A DNA stretch of 44,292 nucleotides from Candidatus Fraserbacteria bacterium. Its GTDB lineage: Bacteria > Bipolaricaulota > Bipolaricaulia > RBG-16-55-9. The notes below the pieces were generated by a model. That model saw nothing but the letters and a program-made list of their open reading frames with translations, was not told the origin of the DNA and ran no database searches. The DNA lies in contig JBBIPG010000015.1 of assembly GCA_037442925.1 (NCBI GenBank), forward strand, positions 1 to 44,292, read 5' to 3'. Of this stretch, positions 36,955 through 44,292 are shown in pieces. Made by a program: the position numbers and the translations under genes. Numbering within the stretch: the first letter of the stretch is position 1; each line of letters opens with the position of its first letter.

Positions 36955-37779
36955 TTGGCAACCAGGCTTCAAGCATTTCGATGTAGGCAGGTCGTGTCGG
37001 GACTTCTTCTCGTGACTTTATCACTAGGGCTCTTTGGATGTGCCCAAGGATTCGATGTTCCTACGGCAACCACAGGGAATGATGGCTCAAGTCGGGGCAT
37101 CTCCCCTCAAAGCGTCAAGTTCGACGAAGAGCTATTGGGATCGGAGCGACAGGCTGCTCTACAGCAAGCACTGGGAGATTGGAAAGTGCAAGGAGTAGAA
37201 TCACTCTTGGAGTCGGAGGGGAAGCAACTTGAGTTAGACAGAGCTGAGGCTTTCTCTTTCGAGAGAGAGTCTCATCAAGGCACGCTAGTGCTTCTGCCTT
37301 TCGGTGATGAATTGCTCTCCTACTTGCAGTTTCGGGATAGCAGTCGCATCATGCTGACGGCGCATCGTCCGGGAGCGACCCTGCGAGCAGTCAACGACGC
37401 TCAAGAGCGGAAGGATCTCCTGCAGGAGATGCAAGCCAAAGGGGCATTCCAGTGGCTGGAAGAAGAGTTCAAGAGGCGCAGCCGTGTCCTCATGCCAGGC
37501 TTGACCATACTCCTTAAGGATGACTCCCGGCAAATAGTGGTCTTCGTCGTGTTTACTCAACCAAGACAAGCGAACTCCTCTTGGCTCACGGCCCAACTCG
37601 TCTTCCTTGATCCCGGCGTGGATGGCGATGCGGCAGGTGAGATCTACCTTGGGGATGGGACCACCTCCTCTTCTACAGCCAAACTCGACCCTGGAAGGGA
37701 GCGAATGGCAGCGGCACCCACACCGGAACATTTCAAGGCGTACTGCTGGAAGATGAAAGCTCAGGTAGTGCCTCTGTGA
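36955..37779 (+). CDS. Hypothetical lipoprotein
   Basis: Hydrophobic stretch ending in lipobox LFG-C. Start uncertain (TTG 36955 or GTG 36994). The track's 36778 start runs through the riboswitch. Confidence 0.75.
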   Translation: MATRLQAFRCRQVVSGLLLVTLSLGLFGCAQGFDVPTATTGNDGSSRGISPQSVKFDEELLGSERQAALQQALGDWKVQGVESLLESEGKQLELDRAEAFSFERESHQGTLVLLPFGDELLSYLQFRDSSRIMLTAHRPGATLRAVNDAQERKDLLQEMQAKGAFQWLEEEFKRRSRVLMPGLTILLKDDSRQIVVFVVFTQPRQANSSWLTAQLVFLDPGVDGDAAGEIYLGDGTTSSSTAKLDPGRERMAAAPTPEHFKAYCWKMKAQVVPL

Positions 37780-37786
37780 ACTGTCC

Positions 37787-38809
37787 ATGATGAGTCTAAT
37801 GAGGAAGATCTGGCTCCTAATCAGCTTGGTGGGATTGCTGATCTCACCTTATTCCTCTGCTCAAGGACAGTCGGGGGGAACTTTCAGCACGGTCTTGGGC
37901 ATCGCACCCACCAAGGAGCAAGCTCAAGTCGAAGCTGATCATCTCGCCCAAGTGGGGAGAGATTGGTCGGGCCCCATCCTGAACCTCCCAGATTTCTTTC
38001 GGGCCGAGGAAGGCAAGCTCAGCACCTTTGCCTTCTATCACTGGCACAACTGCCCCACAGCCCGAACTTACTCATACATTCTTCTCATAGACAATCGCCA
38101 GGTGATCTTCGAGATCGAAGGCCAAGGCCTTGGGGACTTCCGCCACAGGCTGACGGTGCAGCCCAACGTACCGCTGGTGCGGAAATTCACCATCCCAGCG
38201 CTTAGTCGAGGCCTCCACAACCTCGCCCTGGTAGCCTTTCCCAAAGTAGGGGAGTGTTTCCCCGTGCTTCCCGGCCTCTTACCGCGAAACGCGGTTAACC
38301 GGGTGACGAGAAGTGTGCTGGTAGGGCTGGAGGAGCCGCCGGAATTCACGGTGGCTCTTCCTGCGCCGGAGAGCTTCAAGTCGGGCACCGAGAAAAATGA
38401 GTTGCCTATCACGGGCATCTGGATCGGCCTCTCTGCTGAACCGGTCGATCTCAAAGTGCCGGGGGTCTCTCTGAAGCCCAGCGAGCGGTTCGACTACTTC
38501 ATTTACGCCCGGAATGACATCTTCCCGCAGCTTCGGCAGTGGGCAGTTGTGGCCTTCATTGAGGCGTTGCAGGTGCCGATCAATCCCTTCCAGACGCCGA
38601 TGGTCTGGTACGAGTCGATCTTGTTACCCAGCGGGTATGAGATCACGTTGCCGGCGTCGCTGGTGGCGCCACGCGATCCTGGGGTCTACAGTCTCGTGGT
38701 GATGATGCTCGGGGAGCCCTATAGGCTGACGACGCAAGAGACGCTATGGATGTGGATCATCATAAAGCGTGATCGCTTTGAGCTGCGAGTGGAAGCTCCT
38801 GCTACTTGA
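37787..38809 (+). CDS. Hypothetical secreted protein, probably two related beta-sandwich halves
   Basis: Signal peptide MRKIWLLISLVGLLISPYSSA. The halves share patterns (LIDNRQV vs FIEALQV; GLHNLALV vs GVYSLVV). Confidence 0.8.
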   Translation: MMSLMRKIWLLISLVGLLISPYSSAQGQSGGTFSTVLGIAPTKEQAQVEADHLAQVGRDWSGPILNLPDFFRAEEGKLSTFAFYHWHNCPTARTYSYILLIDNRQVIFEIEGQGLGDFRHRLTVQPNVPLVRKFTIPALSRGLHNLALVAFPKVGECFPVLPGLLPRNAVNRVTRSVLVGLEEPPEFTVALPAPESFKSGTEKNELPITGIWIGLSAEPVDLKVPGVSLKPSERFDYFIYARNDIFPQLRQWAVVAFIEALQVPINPFQTPMVWYESILLPSGYEITLPASLVAPRDPGVYSLVVMMLGEPYRLTTQETLWMWIIIKRDRFELRVEAPAT

Positions 38810-38834
38810 CACGTGCAACGCCTTGTGTTACAGT
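38806..38834 (+). promoter_or_regulatory. Sigma70 promoter for the GNAT-PCD unit
   Basis: TTGACA-17 nt-TACAGT with an extended -10 TG; the -35 overlaps the upstream stop codon. Confidence 0.7.
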
Positions 38835-38876
38835 CAAGCACTTCACGCCAAAGACATTGGCGAAAGGGGGTGGAAC

Positions 38877-38921
38877 ATGCGCGAGAAACTTTGCGGTGTC
38901 CGCCCCGGAGTCCTCAGGTAA
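38877..38921 (+). other. Putative leader peptide uORF MREKLCGVRPGVLR in a structured 5' UTR
   Basis: ATG preceded by AAAGGGGGT, stop TAA at 38919-38921, embedded in overlapping hairpins. Confidence 0.5.
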
Positions 38922-38983
38922 ATTACAGGGTCTCCGGGGCACGATGCCCCAGGAAGCACCAAACCACAAGAGGAGGCCCTGTT

Positions 38984-40027
38984 TTGGAAACACTTCACAT
39001 CAAGAGCTTCAATCCACAACAAGCGAACGAACAAGAGTTCATGGCTTTGAATGCCTTTGAGAATCGCCTTCGCGCTGAGCAATGGCCGGAGGATCCACCC
39101 TTTACGCTGGAGCGCACCATGCGGGAATTGCGAGAGCTTCCGCCGTTCATCGATCTGCAGTTATGGATCGTCGGGCAAAGTCAGACCAGTGAGATCGTAG
39201 CCAGAGCATCTACGACAATTCTACGAACAGAGCAGAATAAACACTTGATGTCGTTTGACATCGCTGTGCTCGCTGAGATGCGACGCCAGGGAATTGCCAA
39301 ACGTCTGCTCCCTCTCGTGGCGGAGAGAGCAAAGAAAGAAAGGCGGCGGATTCTGCAGACGCACACGGACTCTACCATCCCTGCCGGTGAAGCGTTCATG
39401 AAACGGCTAAGCGCCCACATGGGCATCGCTTCGCACACGAACCAACTGAATCTCGCCCAGCTGGATCGAGATCTGATCCGCCAATGGCAGGAACGCGCTC
39501 CGCAGGCCGAATTCGAACTGGGACTCTGGGAAGGGACGTACCCACAAGAAGAGATCGAGTCTGTAGCCAAGCTGATCGAGGTGATGAATACAGAGCCACG
39601 AGACAATCTAGAGATGGAGGATTGGCATTGGTCGCCAGAACAGCTACGGGAATGGCAGGCTTCTTTGAAGCAGCGAAAGACGGAGCAGTGGACGATGTAT
39701 GCCCGTGAGAGAGCGACGCGCCAGTTTGCCGGTTACACGGAAGTATTCTGGAACCCCCAACAGCCGGAATTATTGCAGCAAGGGGATACGGGAGTCTTTC
39801 CCAAGTACCGTAATCGCGGACTGGGTCGGTGGCTTAAGGCGGCAATGCTGGAGAAGATCTTGAAGGATCGCCCGTATGTCAAGCGCATTCGTACGGGCAA
39901 TGCCGATTCGAACGCCGCTATGCTCAAGATCAATCATGAATTGGGATTTAGGCCCTACAAGTCGTGGTACACTTGGCAAGTGGAACTGGATAGAGTGCTT
40001 GAATATTTAGGAATGAGAAGGGAGTGA
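38984..40027 (+). CDS. Tandem GNAT N-acetyltransferase
   Basis: Two acetyl-CoA motifs (RRQGIA; TGVFPKYRNRGLG) and TGNADSNAAMLKINHELGF. TTG start with GAGGAGG RBS. Confidence 0.9.
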   Translation: METLHIKSFNPQQANEQEFMALNAFENRLRAEQWPEDPPFTLERTMRELRELPPFIDLQLWIVGQSQTSEIVARASTTILRTEQNKHLMSFDIAVLAEMRRQGIAKRLLPLVAERAKKERRRILQTHTDSTIPAGEAFMKRLSAHMGIASHTNQLNLAQLDRDLIRQWQERAPQAEFELGLWEGTYPQEEIESVAKLIEVMNTEPRDNLEMEDWHWSPEQLREWQASLKQRKTEQWTMYARERATRQFAGYTEVFWNPQQPELLQQGDTGVFPKYRNRGLGRWLKAAMLEKILKDRPYVKRIRTGNADSNAAMLKINHELGFRPYKSWYTWQVELDRVLEYLGMRRE

Positions 40028-40035
40028 TAGGTTAG

Positions 40036-40368
40036 ATGAGCGAGTTGGCGGAGAAGGAATGCGTTCCCTGTAAAGGCGGAGTGCCACCGCTTACGGGGGA
40101 TGAGTTGAAAGCTCTCTATGCCCAATTGGGCAATGGATGGCAAGTGGTGAACGAACATCATCTAGAAAAGGCATACAAATTCAAGAACTTCCGCGAAGCT
40201 CTCGACTTCACGGTCAAAGTGGGAGAACTGGCCGAAGCCCAGGGCCATCATCCCGACATTTATCTGGCATGGGGAAAAGTGAAACTGACCGTCTGGACTC
40301 ATAAGATCGATGGTTTGACCGAGAGTGATTTCATCTATGCGGCCAAGGTAGATCAGTTGTTCCGATGA
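40036..40368 (+). CDS. phhB: Pterin-4-alpha-carbinolamine dehydratase
   Basis: CVPCKGG, AEAQGHHPDI, WTHKIDGLTESDFIYAAK. Confidence 0.93.
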   Translation: MSELAEKECVPCKGGVPPLTGDELKALYAQLGNGWQVVNEHHLEKAYKFKNFREALDFTVKVGELAEAQGHHPDIYLAWGKVKLTVWTHKIDGLTESDFIYAAKVDQLFR

Positions 40369-40372
40369 GGCG

Positions 40373-41296
40373 TTACGTAGAGGTGGGTTCCTCTGCCATC
40401 GCTCGCTCGATGCGATCTTCCAGTACTTGTCCTCGCTCAAAACCCTCAAGCTGGAGAGCAAACTCGGCAGTTTGATAGAGGGCTTCACGAGGGACGAGTC
40501 CCACAATCTCACTGCCAACGATGGGAACCCCGTATCTCTTTGCCTCACTCTCGATGAGTGCGAAAACGCGATAAAGCGGAGTCTCCTGATAATTCGTCAT
40601 GTTCATGGAGACTTGCACAATCTGCCGCTCCTCGATCTTAAAGCCCAAAGCCTTCACATACCGCAACCCGCCGTTGGAATGGCGCACAGCCTTGGCGATC
40701 CTCTGGGCGATCTCAAGATCATCCGTCCCCAAATTGACGTTGAATGCAATCAAGGGCATGCGAGCCCCCACGGCCATGACGCCCGCCGTAGGATGAACTT
40801 TTCGCTCGCCGAAATCAGGAACCCACTCTGGCTCTTGAATCTTAGCTGAAAAACCCTCGAATTCCCCTTTGCGGATCTTCGAGAGATCCTCACACTGCGG
40901 GCGAGTGGCCGATCGCTCATAGAGATAGACAGGAACCTGAAAGCGCTCCCAGATCTGTCGCCCCACCCGCTTCGAGAGTTCCACACATTCGTCCATGGTC
41001 ATCTCTCTAATGGGGACGAAGGGCAGGACATCGACCGCCCCCATGCGCGGGTGTTCCCCCCGATGCTGGCGAAGATCAAGCAGCTCGACCGCTTGGGCGA
41101 CCAAGTTCAACGCCGCGCTTTCGATGGCTTCGGGAGCGCCCACAAACGTGATGACGGTGCGATGATGATCAGCATCTGAATCCACGTCTAGGAGCCATAC
41201 TCCCGGCACCCGACGCACAGCGGAAGCGATTTGATTGATCTTTTGGTGGTCTCGACCTTCGCTGATGTTGGGAATGCACTCAACGAGTTTCGACAT
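40373..41296 (-). CDS. Glutamate formiminotransferase (FTCD formiminotransferase domain)
   Basis: VECIPNISEGRD, DADHHRTV, HRGEHPRMGAVDV, GARMPLIAFN, QVSMN, SEIVGLVP. Confidence 0.94.
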   Translation of the reverse strand: MSKLVECIPNISEGRDHQKINQIASAVRRVPGVWLLDVDSDADHHRTVITFVGAPEAIESAALNLVAQAVELLDLRQHRGEHPRMGAVDVLPFVPIREMTMDECVELSKRVGRQIWERFQVPVYLYERSATRPQCEDLSKIRKGEFEGFSAKIQEPEWVPDFGERKVHPTAGVMAVGARMPLIAFNVNLGTDDLEIAQRIAKAVRHSNGGLRYVKALGFKIEERQIVQVSMNMTNYQETPLYRVFALIESEAKRYGVPIVGSEIVGLVPREALYQTAEFALQLEGFERGQVLEDRIERAMAEEPTST

Positions 41297-41747
41297 CGTT
41301 CTCTTCTGGGGTGCTCATGAGAGACAGCACGGCCTCCGCGACGAGTTCCCCCTCCACTTTTGCCGTGGTTTCCACACGGTACAACCCCCCACGAATTTTG
41401 AGAAGCTTGGCTTCGTACACCACTTGGTCGCCGGGAACCACTTGTCGACGGAACCGCGCCCCATCAATGCCCACCAGCAATCCCCTTGCCGGCGCGTCGC
41501 CGGAGAGCTGCTGCATCAAGACTCCTGCCGTCTGCGCCATGCCTTCCACGAGAAGTGTGCCGGGCATAATCGGCTTGTCCGGGAAATGGCCCACAAAGAA
41601 CCACTCGTTATGACTGACGTTCTTAACGGCCATAACACGCTCCGGCTCCCGCTCCACGACGCGATCGACCATAAGATACGGATAACGCAGCGGAAGAAGA
41701 TCTAAGATCGTTGAGTCTCTCACGCGCGCTGGCTTATTGGTTCTCAT
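41280..41747 (-). CDS. fabZ: 3-hydroxyacyl-ACP dehydratase
   Basis: RYPYLMVDR, FFVGHFPDKPIMPG..LVEGMAQ, FRRQVVPGD. Start at 41747 or 41723. Confidence 0.93.
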   Translation of the reverse strand: MRTNKPARVRDSTILDLLPLRYPYLMVDRVVEREPERVMAVKNVSHNEWFFVGHFPDKPIMPGTLLVEGMAQTAGVLMQQLSGDAPARGLLVGIDGARFRRQVVPGDQVVYEAKLLKIRGGLYRVETTAKVEGELVAEAVLSLMSTPEENDVETR

Positions 41748-42339
41748 TCTGCTTGAGCTGCGCACTCAGGCGTGTGATGACCTCGGGCGTGATGTCATCG
41801 GCGTTGCCTGCTTGCGAGTAGAGGACGATGGCGTTCAGTTGGCTGGCGGGATTGTCGATGATGAGAGCGTACCCTTTCTCCTGGCCGAGTTTCTGAATGA
41901 TCTCCAGCATCTGCTTCTGAATGGGCGCCGAGAGTTGCAGGTTGATCTGTTGCAGCTGCAGCTCCAACTCGAGCAGCTTCTCATCGAGCTGCTTCTTGCT
42001 GATCTCTCCTTGTTGGAATTTCTTGGTCCATTCGTCCTTTTGCTGCGTGATCTTCTGCTGCTCTTCGCGGTACTGCTCGAGAGATCCTTTCACCAGGGCA
42101 CTCTCTCTCAGTTCCTGTAGAACTCGGAACATGTCCACGAAGGCGATCTTGAAACCCCCGGAGCTGCGCGACGAAGACTGCTCGAGAGCGGTCACTCGCT
42201 TGGCCAGACTGCCGATGTCCGTGTCGGTGGAGCTTCCTGCCAGAGAGCCTCCCCTCCACATCTGCGCGCCGAAGAACCCTAACCCCAATGCGACCACCAC
42301 AGCAACGACCAGTACGACTACCCCCATGCCTTGTTTCAT
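41734..42339 (-). CDS. OmpH/Skp-like chaperone (copy 2)
   Basis: KIAFVD, helical Q/E/K-rich body, EKGYALIID, DDITPEVI; lies downstream of an Omp85 gene. Confidence 0.85.
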   Translation of the reverse strand: MKQGMGVVVLVVAVVVALGLGFFGAQMWRGGSLAGSSTDTDIGSLAKRVTALEQSSSRSSGGFKIAFVDMFRVLQELRESALVKGSLEQYREEQQKITQQKDEWTKKFQQGEISKKQLDEKLLELELQLQQINLQLSAPIQKQMLEIIQKLGQEKGYALIIDNPASQLNAIVLYSQAGNADDITPEVITRLSAQLKQNENQ

Positions 42340-42354
42340 CGTTGGATGCTCCTT

Positions 42355-42903
42355 TCACTTGGCCAGCTGTTGCATGCGAGACCAGACTTGCTCTGTGATG
42401 TCGTCCAGCACGGCTCCTTGATAATAGAGGACTACGTCCTCGCGTTTCATCACGACATCGTAGCCCTTCTCCTGGGCGATCTGGTTGATGGCCGCTTGAA
42501 TGGGACGCGCGATGGCGACCATGATCTTCTGTTGAGCCGCTTGCTGGAGTTGAAGACCCCGCAGAGTAGCCTCCTCCTCGCTGATTTCCCCTCGGGCTGC
42601 TTGCTGTTTCAACCGCTCGAGCTCCGGTTTGAGGCGGGCGCTCTCCTGCTCCAGCTGCTGTTCCAGAGCGGGGTTGTTCTGTTGATAGCGCAGTGCCAGA
42701 TCGTTGACCTGAACTACAGCCATCCGTTGGATTCTGGGAGAGCCTGTCACGGTGCTTCCTGCTGCCAGCTGCTTCTCGAGAGCAGCCAACCGGCTCTTAA
42801 GATCGGCTATCGCCTCCCGCTGGCCTGAGAGAAACATACCCCCTATGAATCCCACCATGAGAGCGGCGAGCACCACGAGCGCCCAGATGGCGTACTTGCT
42901 CAT
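42355..42903 (-). CDS. OmpH/Skp-like chaperone (copy 1)
   Basis: Start MSKYAIW at 42903 with AGGAG RBS; RMAVV, IAQEKGYDVVM, VLY, DDITEQV. Confidence 0.85.
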   Translation of the reverse strand: MSKYAIWALVVLAALMVGFIGGMFLSGQREAIADLKSRLAALEKQLAAGSTVTGSPRIQRMAVVQVNDLALRYQQNNPALEQQLEQESARLKPELERLKQQAARGEISEEEATLRGLQLQQAAQQKIMVAIARPIQAAINQIAQEKGYDVVMKREDVVLYYQGAVLDDITEQVWSRMQQLAK

Positions 42904-42919
42904 GTGATAGACTCCTTCC

Positions 42920-44292
42920 TTAGAAGAGTGAACCAAAGCCGAATTCAACCTTGAAGTACTCAATGCGATCGGTGATCGGCCAAGCGAACGCCAAGCGGAT
43001 GGGTCCGACGTAGGGCAGGGCAACACGCCCTTCAATCCCAATAGACTTCTTCACGTCCAGGGGCAGGCCACTGCCCATATCGGCGAACAGCGCGATCGAG
43101 AAAGTCGCCGGGATGAATTGAATGCGGTATTCGAGGTTGAGAAACCCCATCGAGGGAGTGCGCTCAGCCGTGATGCCCCTAAGCGTGGTTGACCCGCCCA
43201 GCATGAACTGCTCCTGGGGATCATCGAGCAGGTCCAGCCCCAGTCCGCCGACCAGGCGTACGGCGACATTCTGATCCTCGAACGTGGCAAAATGGCGAAT
43301 CACGGTTCCTTGGATCTTGGTGAATTCTGTTCCCAAGGCGAATAGACCCGCCTGCTCCACCCGCAACGACTCCACCCCTCCCCGCGTAGCAAAGAGCGGA
43401 TTGTTGCGATCATCGTGGTTGAGAGTCAACGCTACCGTGTTCGTCAGGCCACGCTCGATCTGTGGCTCCTCTTCGCCTTCGTAGTCCTTGGTGAAGGTCT
43501 CGTGCCGCAAACTGAGAATCAACTGCACATCCGCCCACGGGTAGGCCAGCGAAGCTTCGGCACCCACGCGATTGAGGAGGTGAGCCCGTGGGGAGGTCTC
43601 CTTGCTGGTGTTATTGAAAAGCTTGATGTCAAAATAGTCGCTTCCCTCGACCAGCGTGCGGCTCTGATACTCCACGCTCCAGTTCATAACAGCCTTGCCC
43701 AGAATCCCACGATCGAATTGCAGCGAGACATCCTGACCCGTCCCATAGAGATTCTTGCCGTTCAGGCTGAGCTGCCCCACCAAACCCTCGGCAGAGACGG
43801 AGAAACCACCATTGAGACTACCCAACTTGTCTTGCTCGGCTACGTCGATGATCAACTTCAAGTCGCTGCTTGACTCCAGCGGCTGAAAGTCAAAGCCGAT
43901 ATCCTTGAAATACCCCAAGCTCAGAAGCTGCCGATAGGTGTCCGTCAGGCGATACTGATTGATGAGCTGCCCCGGCTTGACCGTGAGCGTCTTGACGATG
44001 ATCTCCGGCTGGGTGCGCGGCAGTCCGCCGGTGGCCGTGGACGTGCCCAAGATGTTGCCAAGAAAGTCAGAGAGCTGCGTGAGGAGCTGGATCAAGGGGT
44101 TGCTTTCCCCAGGGGATGATGCTTCCCCTCCCGTTGACGGCGCTTGAGTTTGGGCGTTCTCGACCGGGATCTTTTCGAGGCCGGTCGGAGTCAAGCGCAC
44201 CGTCGGATACCCGTTCTGGCGGATCTCGATCTCTCCAATGCGACCCTCATCCACCCTCAAGGTGAGCACTCCATCGGCCAGCTGCTCCTTGG
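42920..44292 (-). CDS. bamA: Omp85/BamA family outer-membrane protein, C-terminal part (5' end outside the window)
   Basis: POTRA-like VDEGRIGEIEI...LLSLGYF...IDVAE, KNLYGTGQ, DDRNN, LGGSTTLRG, GPIRLAFAWP, terminal FGFGSLF. The frame is open to the window edge. Confidence 0.88.
   Translation of the reverse strand, partial: KEQLADGVLTLRVDEGRIGEIEIRQNGYPTVRLTPTGLEKIPVENAQTQAPSTGGEASSPGESNPLIQLLTQLSDFLGNILGTSTATGGLPRTQPEIIVKTLTVKPGQLINQYRLTDTYRQLLSLGYFKDIGFDFQPLESSSDLKLIIDVAEQDKLGSLNGGFSVSAEGLVGQLSLNGKNLYGTGQDVSLQFDRGILGKAVMNWSVEYQSRTLVEGSDYFDIKLFNNTSKETSPRAHLLNRVGAEASLAYPWADVQLILSLRHETFTKDYEGEEEPQIERGLTNTVALTLNHDDRNNPLFATRGGVESLRVEQAGLFALGTEFTKIQGTVIRHFATFEDQNVAVRLVGGLGLDLLDDPQEQFMLGGSTTLRGITAERTPSMGFLNLEYRIQFIPATFSIALFADMGSGLPLDVKKSIGIEGRVALPYVGPIRLAFAWPITDRIEYFKVEFGFGSLF

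Overview
A GC-rich bacterial chromosomal window, mostly housekeeping genes with a block of surface-protein genes. The gene content (Omp85-Skp-Skp-FabZ without lpx genes, many CARDB proteins, a scattered dcw cluster) suggests a deep-branching LPS-less diderm such as Ca. Bipolaricaulota/Acetothermia; this is an unverified inference. Housekeeping genes: murE, ddl, gyrB, coaX, tatA, sucC, murF, lspA-tmk-dnaN, murD-ftsW-murG-murC-murB-ftsQ-ftsA-ftsZ, a formiminotransferase, fabZ, two skp genes and a partial bamA. Elements the ORF track missed: (i) a >730-codon secreted M12B/reprolysin-like metalloprotease (2197 to the left edge, minus strand) whose 3' end runs into the start of an IS110-family transposase; (ii) a c-di-GMP-I riboswitch in front of two uncharacterised exported proteins; (iii) an apparently self-contained unit (-10 box, RBS, terminator) for a tiny Lys/Gly-only peptide upstream of the dcw operon; (iv) a 14-codon leader ORF inside mutually exclusive hairpins ahead of a tandem GNAT gene. 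A ~9 kb cluster encodes five exported proteins with 13 CARDB-like repeats, a beta-propeller-like region and a PKD domain. All assignments come from manual translation and motif recognition; no database searches were run.
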